A stretch of 64,000 nt of DNA from Bacteroidota bacterium (GCA_024280635.1 JAJRPS010000065.1:12602-76601); one strand, 5' to 3'. Counted from the first letter of the stretch, positions 19,801 to 28,481 are shown. The notes: generated by a model not told the origin, from the sequence alone. Numbers and translations: made by a program.

Positions 19801-20569
19801 TAAAAGTGAAGATACTTTTTTAATAGGATATGTATTGTTTGACAAACAAGCAGGTTTTGCAGAGGTAAATGTAGTAGAATCCGCTCAAAAAGCCATTCAA
19901 GGAAAAATTGATAGAGGAGAATTAAAAATTCCGAAAGGAATTACCTATCAATTTACAGGTACGTATGAAAATCAAATACGTGCCGAAAAAACTTTGGGAG
20001 TAGTAGTGCCATTAGTATTGGGCGTTATCTTTTTAATTTTGTATTTCCAATTTAAATCCATAGCGACCTCATTAATGGTATTTACAGGAATACTAGTTGC
20101 TTTTTCTGGAGGATTCATTATGATTGGTTTGTATAACACCGATTGGTTTTTAAATTTCACTTTATTAGGAGTCGATTTTCGAGATGTTTTCCAGATAAAA
20201 ACCATCAATTTAAGTGTTGCCGTTTGGGTAGGGTTTATTGCCTTATTTGGTATCGCAACAGATGATGGTGTAGTAATGGCAACTTATTTGACGCAAATAT
20301 TTGATAAGAAAACACCAGAAACAAAATCAGAAATTAGAGCATCGGTAATCGAGGCGGGAGAAAAAAGAATTCGTCCTTGTTTGATGACAACAGCTACTAC
20401 TATTTTGGCATTGTTACCTGTATTAACCTCAACGGGAAGAGGTAGTGATATTATGATACCCATGGCAATACCAAGTTTTGGAGGAATGTTAGTAGCGTTA
20501 ATTACGTTGTTTGTTGTGCCAGTATTGTTTAGTTGGAGTAAAGAATTACAAATGAAGAATGAAAAGTGA
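16832..20569 (+). CDS. CusA/CzcA-family heavy-metal efflux RND transporter (enlarged, 1245 aa)
   Basis: RND/ACR_tran architecture throughout, e.g. the conserved C-terminal GIATDDGVVM and RIRPCLMTTATTILALLP. Flanked by TolC and adaptor genes. Confidence 0.93.
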   Translation: MLNKAIKYLIENKLVAVLLLFLFVGWGISNAPFKWDVAGIPQNPVGVDAIPDIGENQQIVFTRWAGRSPQDIEDQITYPMTTSLLGIPGVKTIRSSSAFGFSSIYIIFEEDVEFYWSRSRILEKLNSLPKGLLPEGVQPSLGPDATGLGQIYWYTLEGRDEQGNVTGGWDLHELRSIQDYYVKYALSSVSGVSEVASIGGFVQEYQVDINPDVLKEYNISLAQVVNAVRKSNKDIGAKTIEINQAEYLVRGLGYIKSVEDLENAVVTSNNLTPILIKDVAKVYLGPAQRRGILDKEGAEVVGGVVVARYGANPMEVIGNVKKQIESISSGLPSKVLADGRTSQLTIVPFYDRSELIQETLDTLDEALTLEILITIFVIVMMVFNLRVSALISGLLPVAVLMVFIGMKFFGVDANIVALSGIAIAIGTMVDVGVILTENIIRHLDEDKAERENSAGIVQTNSRTINQIVYDATKEVSGAILTAVSTTIISFVPVFTMIGSEGKLFRPLAATKTMALTASVIVALFLIPPFAAWLFGWKSPKNKIGKLLNLGLIALGVFTIFKGFNIGLALIVFGLIAMLKREEFKFSIFKFHFSLTKNILNVIITAIVIVLLLAKYWRPLGVDFTLPSNLVFVSIVCFGLLGVFYLFQRYYVRILTWALANKMLFLILPISIVFFGIKVWNNTGKEFMPALNEGSFLLMPTSMPHAGVAENKRVLQQLDRAVASIPEIKTVVGKSGRVESALDPAPLSMYENIIIYKPEYKLDENGSRLEFKVNEEGLFETTSGKFIEAGTPIDTKKLIIEEDGEYYRNWRKSIKNTDDIWKEIVRVTKLPGVTSAPKLQPIETRLVMLQTGMRAPMGIKVKGQDLKQIEAFGIQLEKVLKQVKGVKKEAVFADRIVGKPYLLIDIDRQKIAQYGLAITDVQSILEVAVGGKLLTQTVEGRERYGVRVRYPRELRSSPSDLENIFVPIKNGSPIPLKELVNIRYEQGPQMIKSEDTFLIGYVLFDKQAGFAEVNVVESAQKAIQGKIDRGELKIPKGITYQFTGTYENQIRAEKTLGVVVPLVLGVIFLILYFQFKSIATSLMVFTGILVAFSGGFIMIGLYNTDWFLNFTLLGVDFRDVFQIKTINLSVAVWVGFIALFGIATDDGVVMATYLTQIFDKKTPETKSEIRASVIEAGEKRIRPCLMTTATTILALLPVLTSTGRGSDIMIPMAIPSFGGMLVALITLFVVPVLFSWSKELQMKNEK

Positions 20570-20585
20570 AAAATATCTAGTGAGT

Positions 20586-20613
20586 AGTCATTTCGATCTT
20601 GTGGAGAAATCAC
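20586..20613 (+). repeat. Short dispersed repeat, family A, copy 3
   Basis: agtcatttcgatcttgtggagaaatcac, in the 81-nt czcA-tolC spacer. Confidence 0.45.
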
Positions 20614-20650
20614 ATCATCTACTTTTAATAAAAATATAAAAATAATTAAG

Positions 20651-21862
20651 ATGAAAAATAAAACATTAATATTGCTTCTATTAATCAATAGTATAGCATT
20701 TTCTCAAACGTTAACCGATTATTTATCGATAGCAAAAGCAAACAATTCGGCTTTAAAGGTTGCAGAGTATCAATATGATATTGCACAAGAAAAAGTAAAT
20801 GAAGTGGGTAATTTAGAAAACACTAGTTTTTCTGTAGGATTCTTTGCTTTACAGCCAGAAACTCGAGTAGGGGCTCAAAATATAAAATTAGAAACCTCTC
20901 AGGAGTTACCTTGGTTTGGTACGTTAAAAGCAGAAAAGTCAGTTGCTAAGGCATTAGCAGAACTTGAAAAATATAATATAGCGTTATCTGATAAAGAAAT
21001 TACATTTTCAGTAAAAAAAGCATACTATACAATTTATCAAGAATTGGCAAAAAATGATGTTTTGAAAGATAATAAGCTCATTTTAAAAACTTATGAAAGT
21101 ATGGCGCTTGCGGCACTAGAAAACAATAAGGCAACAATGAGTGATGTATTGCGTATTCGTGTACAAAAAAATGAGTTACACAGTAAGGTATTTCAAAACA
21201 TAAATACGATAGCGCGATTGAGTAAAAATTTTAATAGAATTTTGCAGCAAGATGAAAACACAATGTTAGAAATTGTAGATAGTTTAAATGTATTAGATAT
21301 TTTAAATGCAAATCAAACTATTTCAAATCATCCTTTATTAAAAAAATTATTAGAGCAAGAAAAAGTATATCAATCTCAAAAAAAACTAATCGCTAAAAAT
21401 AGTAAACCCAAACTATCAGTAGGAGTAGATTATATTTTAGTAAATAAAAGAGAAGGTGTAACCATTTCTGAAAATGGAAAAGATATCTTAATGCCTAAAA
21501 TAGGGATAAGCATACCATTGTTTACTAAAAAGTATCGCTCACAGCAAAAACGAATACAGCTTCAACAAAAACAGTTGGAAGAGCAAAAGATACAGCAGAA
21601 AATAAAATTAGAAGCAGCATTAGAAAAGTCAATATTAGACTATGAAAATGCAGTACTAACAGTTGTGGCTGCACAAAAAAATAAAACAGAATTGCAACAA
21701 GCAATCAATGTAGATTTAAAAGCATATGAAACTGGAATTTTAAATTATGATAAAATTTTACGCTTACAACTTCAAAAAATCAGATTTGAATTAATGGAGG
21801 TAACAGCTACTAAAGATGCTTATTTGGCAAAATCAAAAATTGATTATTTAACAGATAAATAA
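20651..21862 (+). CDS. TolC-family outer membrane efflux protein
   Basis: Signal peptide; 403 aa of coiled-coil-rich sequence with two repeated halves. Position within an RND operon. Confidence 0.85.
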   Translation: MKNKTLILLLLINSIAFSQTLTDYLSIAKANNSALKVAEYQYDIAQEKVNEVGNLENTSFSVGFFALQPETRVGAQNIKLETSQELPWFGTLKAEKSVAKALAELEKYNIALSDKEITFSVKKAYYTIYQELAKNDVLKDNKLILKTYESMALAALENNKATMSDVLRIRVQKNELHSKVFQNINTIARLSKNFNRILQQDENTMLEIVDSLNVLDILNANQTISNHPLLKKLLEQEKVYQSQKKLIAKNSKPKLSVGVDYILVNKREGVTISENGKDILMPKIGISIPLFTKKYRSQQKRIQLQQKQLEEQKIQQKIKLEAALEKSILDYENAVLTVVAAQKNKTELQQAINVDLKAYETGILNYDKILRLQLQKIRFELMEVTATKDAYLAKSKIDYLTDK

Positions 21863-21868
21863 AAACAA

Positions 21869-23722
21869 ATGAAAAAATATATAATTTACATTGGTTTAAT
21901 AGCAATTGGGCTATTAGTAGGAAAATTCATGTTTTCTAATTCAGCATCAACTGAAAGACAAGGGCAAGAAACAATAGTAGAACACTGGACGTGCTCAATG
22001 CACCCTGAAATTGATTTACTAGAATTTGGTGCGTGTCCAAAATGTGGTATGGACTTGATTCCCGCAGCGACCGGAGAAGAAGGTTTGGAGGTTAATCAAT
22101 TTAAAATGACAAAAAATGCAATGGCATTAGCCAACGTACAAACGTTTGTTGTAGGTACTGTGGGAGAAAGTCAAGAAGAAGTTTCGGGGAGTTTACGTTT
22201 ATCAGGTAAAATTCAAGAAAATAGTAAAACTTCTGCAATGCAAACAGCTCATTTTGGAGGACGTATAGAGCGTTTATACTTTAAAATGGAAGGAGAAGTG
22301 GTAAAAAGAGGAGCGTTAATTGCTACCGTATATTCTCCAGAATTAGTAACCGCTCAAAATGAGTTGTTGGAAGCTATAAAAATTAAAGAATTGCAACCTG
22401 AGCTATATAAAGCAGTACGTAATAAATTAAAAAACTGGAAAATTTCAGAAAATCAAGTGCAACAAATTGAACGTACACAAAAAGTAATTACTAATTTTAA
22501 TATGTACGCAAATGTTTCGGGAGTAATTACTAAAATATTAGCACAAGAAGGTAATCATGTAAAAGAAGGAACTCCATTGTTTATGATTTCAAATTTAAAT
22601 AGTGTTTGGGCAGTTTTTGATGTGTATGAGCAAGATATTACGAACCTTAAAAAAGGGCAGCATTTAGTTATTCAGTCCAACGCATATCCGAATGAAAAAA
22701 TAGAATCAAAAATAGATTTTATTGATCCGGTTTTAAATTCAAAAACAAGAACGATAACGGTTAGAGCTACATTAAATAATAAAAATAAAAAGTTAAAACC
22801 AGGAATGCTATTGTACAGTTTTGTGATTGTTAAAGACGCTAAAAATACCGAAAGTACAACAATAGTAGAAGTGCCAAAAACTGCAGTTTTATGGACAGGT
22901 AAACGATCTGTAGTTTATGTTAAGCCTGACAAAGAAAATTCAGTTTTTGAATTAAGAGAAGTAGAATTAGGGCAATCTTTAAACGATATGTATCAAATAG
23001 TGTCAGGGTTAGAAAACGGAGAGGAAATAGTGGTAAATGGCACTTTTACAGTAGATGCTGTAGCTCAATTGCAAGGTAAAATGAGTATGATGAATAATAA
23101 GGAAACAGAAAAACAAAAAAAAGACGTTTCAGGGGGAATTGAAAAAATTGAAGTTGCTCCTAAATTTAAAAAGCAATTAAGTGCTGTTGTTGATGCATAT
23201 TTTAAGCTAAAAGATGCATTTGTAGCAACAAATGTTGAGCAAGTAATAAAAAAAGCAAATCAAGTACTTAAAAAGGTGTCTTTAGTGCAAATGAGCGAAC
23301 TTAAAAAGCCAGAAGCACATACGGTTTGGATGAGTGCTTCAAAAAGTATTAAAGAAAATTTAAAAAACATTTCAAAAGAGAAAAATATTGAAAAACAGCG
23401 CCATTATTTTATAACAGTTTCTAATGAAGTTTTAAAATTATCAAGTATCTTTGGGACAAGTAAAACCGTTTATGTTCAATTTTGTCCAATGGCAAACGAT
23501 AATTCGGGCGCACAATGGTTAAGTGCAGAGGAAAAAATTATGAATCCATACTTTGGAGATAAAATGTTACATTGTGGAAGTGTAGAAGAAGTAATAAATA
23601 ATAATAAAAATACAGCATCATCCTATAAGTGCCCAATGGATTGTGAACACGGTAAAACGTATAATAAACCAGGAAGTTGTCCTGTATGTAAGATGGATTT
23701 AAAGCTGTTACATTCGGATTAG
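21869..23722 (+). CDS. RND periplasmic adaptor (CusB-like) with N- and C-terminal CxxC metal-binding modules and a DUF3347-like region
   Basis: N-terminal anchor; HWTCSMHPEI...CPKCGMDL; an MFP core (barrel-sandwich and beta-barrel segments); a helical region ending in FCPMANDNSGAQWLS...NPYFGDKMLHCG; and a terminal YKCPMDCEHGKTYNKPGSCPVCKMDL. Confidence 0.85.
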   Translation: MKKYIIYIGLIAIGLLVGKFMFSNSASTERQGQETIVEHWTCSMHPEIDLLEFGACPKCGMDLIPAATGEEGLEVNQFKMTKNAMALANVQTFVVGTVGESQEEVSGSLRLSGKIQENSKTSAMQTAHFGGRIERLYFKMEGEVVKRGALIATVYSPELVTAQNELLEAIKIKELQPELYKAVRNKLKNWKISENQVQQIERTQKVITNFNMYANVSGVITKILAQEGNHVKEGTPLFMISNLNSVWAVFDVYEQDITNLKKGQHLVIQSNAYPNEKIESKIDFIDPVLNSKTRTITVRATLNNKNKKLKPGMLLYSFVIVKDAKNTESTTIVEVPKTAVLWTGKRSVVYVKPDKENSVFELREVELGQSLNDMYQIVSGLENGEEIVVNGTFTVDAVAQLQGKMSMMNNKETEKQKKDVSGGIEKIEVAPKFKKQLSAVVDAYFKLKDAFVATNVEQVIKKANQVLKKVSLVQMSELKKPEAHTVWMSASKSIKENLKNISKEKNIEKQRHYFITVSNEVLKLSSIFGTSKTVYVQFCPMANDNSGAQWLSAEEKIMNPYFGDKMLHCGSVEEVINNNKNTASSYKCPMDCEHGKTYNKPGSCPVCKMDLKLLHSD

Positions 23723-23747
23723 AAATAATTTTTTTATAAAAATAAAA

Positions 23748-24440
23748 ATGCAAGAATTAGAAAAACATTATGTAAACCGTAGCAATTGGTTACGTGCCGC
23801 TATTTTAGGAGCAAATGACGGAATTTTATCTACAGCAAGTATAGTTATTGGAGTTGCTGCAGCTACCAGTAATCAAGATGATATTATCATGGCAGGTGTA
23901 GCGGGTATTGTTGCAGGAGCATTATCAATGGCAGCAGGAGAGTATGTTTCTGTTGGTAGTCAAGCAGATATAGAATTTGCCGATTTAGAACGTGAAAAAC
24001 GAGAATTGGAAGAAATGCCAGAACTAGAGCTAAAAGAGTTGGCTAAAATATACAAAAGTAGAGGGTTGGATGATAAATTGGCTTTAGAAGTAGCCATACA
24101 GTTAACGGAACACAACGCTTTAGAGGCACATGCTCGTGATGAGTTAGGGATTAACGAAATAACCCAAGCAAAACCTTTAGAGGCTGCTTTAGCTAGTGGT
24201 GCAGCTTTTATTTTTGGAGGTGCATTACCAATTATAGTGGCTATTTTTGGAGATGTTCCCAATATGGTGTATTTACAGTATATAGCCTCTATATTGTTTT
24301 TGATGTTTTTAGGAGGTGTAGCGGCTAAAATAGGAGGTTCAAGTGTGAAAAAAGCAATTTTGAGAGTCACTTTTTGGGGTACTATAGCTATGGGGTTAAC
24401 AGCTTTAATAGGTTATTTATTTGGAAACATAAGTTATTAA
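23748..24440 (+). CDS. VIT1/CCC1-family Fe/Mn transporter
   Basis: 230 aa; N-terminal NWLRAAILGANDGILSTAS motif, an acidic cytoplasmic helix bundle segment and C-terminal TMs. Confidence 0.85.
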   Translation: MQELEKHYVNRSNWLRAAILGANDGILSTASIVIGVAAATSNQDDIIMAGVAGIVAGALSMAAGEYVSVGSQADIEFADLEREKRELEEMPELELKELAKIYKSRGLDDKLALEVAIQLTEHNALEAHARDELGINEITQAKPLEAALASGAAFIFGGALPIIVAIFGDVPNMVYLQYIASILFLMFLGGVAAKIGGSSVKKAILRVTFWGTIAMGLTALIGYLFGNISY

Positions 24441-24485
24441 TGATATTATGTAACATTAGGTACATAATATTTAGAGTTAAAAGAG

Positions 24486-24493
24486 TACATTTG
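24486..24493 (+). promoter_or_regulatory. Bacteroidota -7 box upstream of the multicopper oxidase
   Basis: tacatttg, 6 nt upstream of the ATG at 24499. It is preceded by an AT-rich palindrome at 24443-24470. Confidence 0.45.
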
Positions 24494-24498
24494 TAAAA

Positions 24499-26241
24499 AT
24501 GATAAAAATGATAAAAAATACGATATTCATCTATGCTTTATTAATAGTACAATTTGGTGTTTCACAAAATAATCCGTTGATAATACCTCCAACAATTGAA
24601 ACGACTAACATCAATTTGAATTTACAGAATAGTACACACCAATTTTTACCAGGGCAAATAACTGCAACAATGGGTGCCAATGGGAGTATTTTAGGACCAA
24701 CCTTAATAGTCAATCAGGGTGATAATTTGGATATAAATGTAACCAATAATTTAGGGCAAACCACTACTATTCATTGGCACGGTATGCATGTTTCGGCTGC
24801 TAATGATGGAGGACCACATACTACAATTGCTCCAGGAGCAACTTGGAATCCTCAATTTACAGTTTTAGATAAAGCAGCAACCTATTGGTATCATCCACAT
24901 TTACATGAATTTACAGATGAGCATGTAAGTAAAGGAATTGCAGGTTTGATAATTGTAAAAGATACTGAGGAAGCAGCATTAAATTTACCTCGAACTTATG
25001 GAGTAGATGATATTCCTTTAGTAGTGCAAACAAAAGATTTTGATGCTAATAATCAAATTGTAAATCATTCCAATGCCGATGATGTACTATTGGTTAATGC
25101 TACAATAAATCCAGAGACAGATGTACCAGCACAAGTAGTACGTTTTAGATTGTTAAACGGATCTTCTCAACGTGTTTTTAATTTCGGGTTTTCAGGAAAC
25201 AAAACCTTTTATCAAATTGCTACGGATGGTGGATTAAAATCAGCACCAGCAGCATTAACAAGACTGCAACTAGCACCCGGAGAGCGTTCAGAAATTTTAG
25301 TGGATTTACAAGGAATGCAAGGTCAAACTTTACAATTAATGAGTTATGCATCAGAGTTTGGAAATGGGATCTATGGAGCAACAGCGCCTGGGATGAACGG
25401 GGGAATGCCTTTAGATAATTACAATCCGAACCCTATGAATGGTGCAGATTTTAATGTATTACAGTTAAATATAGTAGCGCAAACCAGTACTCCGGTAACA
25501 ACAATACCATCAGCATTAGTAACAGTAACACCATATTTAGAGGCAAATGCAGATCAAACAAGAAATTTGCAATTTAATCCCGTAGCAGGAGGATTTAATC
25601 AACTTAATGGAGATTTTATCATTAATGGTGTGAGTATGGACATGAATACCATAAACATCACGATTCCTCTAAACAATACTGAAATTTGGAGTATCCAAAA
25701 TGGATCTGCCATTTCACATCCGCTACACATTCATGATATTCAATACTACATATTAGATATTAACGGAAATCCACCTCCACCAGCAGCACAAGGATGGAAG
25801 GATACCTATTTGGTTCCAGCAGGTCAAGGCACAATGAGAGTGATTACAAAATTCACAGATTTTGCAGACGATACAGTACCATACATGTATCATTGTCATA
25901 TGCTTACTCATGAAGATGGTGGTATGATGGGGCAATTTGTAGTGACTGACTTATTAGGGGTTGATGATAATGAATTAATAAATACAGCGAATGGTTTTAC
26001 GCTATACCCTAATCCTTCACAAGGGACTTATATAACGGCAGCGCTTAATGATAAAACAGATAAAATTAGAGGGTACGCTATAATTAACACATTAGGGCAA
26101 ATTGTAAACTATCATAAAATACATGAAAACGAATGGAGTAATATGTATTCTTTTCCTGTTTTTGAATATAGTACGGGTACTTATTTTGTAAGAATTTTTA
26201 CAGCAAAAACAATTTATAAAAAGAAGTTTAATATTAATTAA
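24499..26241 (+). CDS. Multicopper oxidase with a T9SS C-terminal sorting domain
   Basis: Copper-ligand motifs HWHGMH, HPHLH, HPLHIHD and HCHMLTHEDGGMM. Signal peptide. The last ~80 aa (LYPNPSQGTY...GTYFVRIFT...) match the T9SS type A CTD pattern. Confidence 0.9.
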   Translation: MIKMIKNTIFIYALLIVQFGVSQNNPLIIPPTIETTNINLNLQNSTHQFLPGQITATMGANGSILGPTLIVNQGDNLDINVTNNLGQTTTIHWHGMHVSAANDGGPHTTIAPGATWNPQFTVLDKAATYWYHPHLHEFTDEHVSKGIAGLIIVKDTEEAALNLPRTYGVDDIPLVVQTKDFDANNQIVNHSNADDVLLVNATINPETDVPAQVVRFRLLNGSSQRVFNFGFSGNKTFYQIATDGGLKSAPAALTRLQLAPGERSEILVDLQGMQGQTLQLMSYASEFGNGIYGATAPGMNGGMPLDNYNPNPMNGADFNVLQLNIVAQTSTPVTTIPSALVTVTPYLEANADQTRNLQFNPVAGGFNQLNGDFIINGVSMDMNTINITIPLNNTEIWSIQNGSAISHPLHIHDIQYYILDINGNPPPPAAQGWKDTYLVPAGQGTMRVITKFTDFADDTVPYMYHCHMLTHEDGGMMGQFVVTDLLGVDDNELINTANGFTLYPNPSQGTYITAALNDKTDKIRGYAIINTLGQIVNYHKIHENEWSNMYSFPVFEYSTGTYFVRIFTAKTIYKKKFNIN

Positions 26242-26326
26242 TAACATAAAATTAACATTTAATTTTATGTTAGAATAAGATAAAATTAGTATTTTTACAA
26301 AAATCAATAATTTAAAATAGAATAAA

Positions 26327-26752
26327 ATGAAAAAATTAGTATTAGCCTTAGCATTCGGATTATTTTTTGTAGCATTTTCAAATGCACAAGAATCAGTAAA
26401 AAAGACAGCAGAAACAGTTACTAAAATAGTAAATGCAGATGCTTACCAATGTCCAATGGATTGCGAAAAAGGTAAAACATATGCAAAGCCAGGAAGTTGT
26501 CCGGTATGTAAAATGGATTTGAAAAAAGTAGATGTTAATAAAAAGATGTCAACTTGTTCAGGAACAAAAAAGAAAGGATGTTGTGCTTCTAAAAAAGCTG
26601 CAGCAGCAAAAAAATCTTCTTGTTCGAAAGAAGGAGCGGCAAAAAAATCATGTTCAGGTAAAAAAGCATCTTCTTGTAAAAGCGGAGCGGCAAAAAAATC
26701 ATGTTCAAAAGGCGCTAAAGCTAAAAAATCTTGTGGAGCTAAAAAAGCTTAA
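26327..26752 (+). CDS. Secreted CxxC metal-binding-module protein with a Cys/Lys-rich repeat tail
   Basis: Signal peptide (…FSNAQE). YQCPMDCEKGKTYAKPGSCPVCKMDL is 22/24 identical to the adaptor's C-terminal module. The ~68-aa tail has 8 Cys among K/A/S repeats (…AAKKSCS…). Confidence 0.7.
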   Translation: MKKLVLALAFGLFFVAFSNAQESVKKTAETVTKIVNADAYQCPMDCEKGKTYAKPGSCPVCKMDLKKVDVNKKMSTCSGTKKKGCCASKKAAAAKKSSCSKEGAAKKSCSGKKASSCKSGAAKKSCSKGAKAKKSCGAKKA

Positions 26753-26777
26753 CAATATAATATAAAGCATAAAATAT

Positions 26778-26811
26778 AAAGCCGTTTAGTAATTTACTAA
26801 GCGGCTTTTTT
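26778..26811 (+). terminator. Rho-independent terminator ending the metal cluster
   Basis: aaagccgtttagt / actaagcggcttt stem followed by a T6 run. Confidence 0.6.
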
Positions 26812-26812
26812 A

Positions 26813-26851
26813 ATGCAAAATAAAATCCCAAACAAATACATTTGGGATTTT
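26813..26851 (-). terminator. Terminator of rho
   Basis: aaaatcccaaa / tttgggatttt stem. On the minus strand it is followed by ATTTTGC T-rich sequence, about 30 nt after the rho stop. Confidence 0.55.
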
Positions 26852-26879
26852 TATTTAAATAATGAATAAAGTTTACGGC

Positions 26880-28481
26880 TTACCCATTCATAGAAATTAA
26901 AAATTCATCATTATTACGGGTGCTTTTAAATCTATCATTGATAAATTCCATTGCTTCAACTGGGTTCATGTCATTTAAATACTTACGCATTACCCACATG
27001 CGCTGCATGGTTTTATCGTCTAGTAAAATATCATCCCTACGGGTACTGGAAGATATTAAATCAATAGCAGGGAAAATACGACGGTTAGCAATACGTCTAT
27101 CTAATTGGAGTTCCATATTGCCAGTACCTTTAAATTCTTCAAAAATAACTTCATCCATTTTAGATCCTGTTTCAGTTAATGCAGTAGCAATAATGGTTAA
27201 TGAACCACCATTTTCAATGTTACGTGCGGCTCCAAAAAAGCGTTTGGGTTTGTGTAAAGCATTGGCATCAACTCCACCACTTAGTATTTTTCCGGAAGCA
27301 GGTTGTACAGTATTGTATGCTCTTGCTAAACGAGTAATAGAATCTAATAAAATAACAACATCATGACCACATTCTACCAATCGTTTTGCTTTTTCTAAAA
27401 CAATATTGGCAATGCGTACATGCTCATGTGCTTCTTTATCAAAAGTAGAGGCAATAACTTCACCACGTACATTACGTTGCATATCAGTAACTTCTTCTGG
27501 GCGTTCATCAATCAATAAAATAATTTGATATACTTCAGGATGATTGGCTGCAATAGCATTAGCAACATCCTTTAGTAGCATGGTTTTACCTGTTTTTGGT
27601 TGTGATACAATCATACCACGTTGCCCTTTTCCAATGGGACAAAACAAATCAATAATACGTGTAGAAATAGAACTTTGACGTTCTGCTAGTTTAAATTTTT
27701 CTTGAGGGAATAAAGGCGTTAAATGTTGAAAAGCAATACGATCTCTAACAATATTTGGAGCCAAACCATTTATTTTACTCACTTTAATTAATGGAAAATA
27801 TTTTTCACCAGCCTTTGGGGGTCTTACATGTCCTAAAACAGTATCACCTGTTTTTAAACCAAATAAGCGTATTTGTGATAGTGAAACATAAATATCATCA
27901 GGAGAAGAAAGGTAATTATAATCTGATGATCTTAAAAAGCCATATCCATCTTGCATAATATCCAAAACACCTTCACTTTCAATAATGGCATCAAATTCAA
28001 AATCAGGAGTTTTATAGCGGTTACGATCATCTTTATTTCCATTTTTACCGATGCTTTTTTTCTGATTTTGGTTTTTATGTTTGTGATGTTCTTTTTTCTG
28101 AAAAGCTTGTTCTTTTTTTACATGCGCCTTTTTTTCTTTAGGCTGATGGTTAGGGGTATTTTTTTTCTCTGAACTAGGAGTAGTAGCAAGTGTATCCTTT
28201 TCTGGGGCTCTCGTGTTATCTATGTTTTTAGGAGTAACAGGAATATCATTTTTAGGCGATTTATTACGAGTTACTCTTGCTCTTTTAGGTTTAGTTGCAA
28301 CTACTTTTTCTGCTTGCTGTTCAGGAGGAGTACTCGTGTTTTCAGATTCAGCTTGTACATCTAATATTTTATATACTAAGTCTAACTTTTTTAAAGTTCT
28401 AAATTTAGGAATTTTTATAGTTTTCGCAATTTCTTGCAATTCCGCTAATTTTTTTTCTTTTAATTGTGATATTTCAAACAT
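26880..28481 (-). CDS. rho: Transcription termination factor Rho with a long low-complexity N-terminal insertion
   Basis: Rho_N helix bundle, a ~115-aa K/N/P/T/Q-rich insert, a CSD-like RNA-binding domain ([15 protein letters not shown]), and an ATPase core with Walker A (PKTGKT), Q and R loops. Confidence 0.96.
   Translation of the reverse strand: MFEISQLKEKKLAELQEIAKTIKIPKFRTLKKLDLVYKILDVQAESENTSTPPEQQAEKVVATKPKRARVTRNKSPKNDIPVTPKNIDNTRAPEKDTLATTPSSEKKNTPNHQPKEKKAHVKKEQAFQKKEHHKHKNQNQKKSIGKNGNKDDRNRYKTPDFEFDAIIESEGVLDIMQDGYGFLRSSDYNYLSSPDDIYVSLSQIRLFGLKTGDTVLGHVRPPKAGEKYFPLIKVSKINGLAPNIVRDRIAFQHLTPLFPQEKFKLAERQSSISTRIIDLFCPIGKGQRGMIVSQPKTGKTMLLKDVANAIAANHPEVYQIILLIDERPEEVTDMQRNVRGEVIASTFDKEAHEHVRIANIVLEKAKRLVECGHDVVILLDSITRLARAYNTVQPASGKILSGGVDANALHKPKRFFGAARNIENGGSLTIIATALTETGSKMDEVIFEEFKGTGNMELQLDRRIANRRIFPAIDLISSSTRRDDILLDDKTMQRMWVMRKYLNDMNPVEAMEFINDRFKSTRNNDEFLISMNG

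Noticed and set aside
16253-26752. The metal cluster as a mobile genomic island.
   Set aside because: It has no integrase, transposase, conjugation gene, flanking tRNA or direct repeats. Base composition looks like the surrounding core genes by eye, though I did not compute it. I treat it as a chromosomal accessory cluster.
26532-26765. 77-aa ORF overlapping the 3' half of the Cys/Lys-tail gene in another frame.
   Set aside because: It is a by-product of the aaaaaa/gc-rich repeat. It translates to a K/Q/L repeat with no start context. The frame with the signal peptide and the CxxC module is the coherent one.
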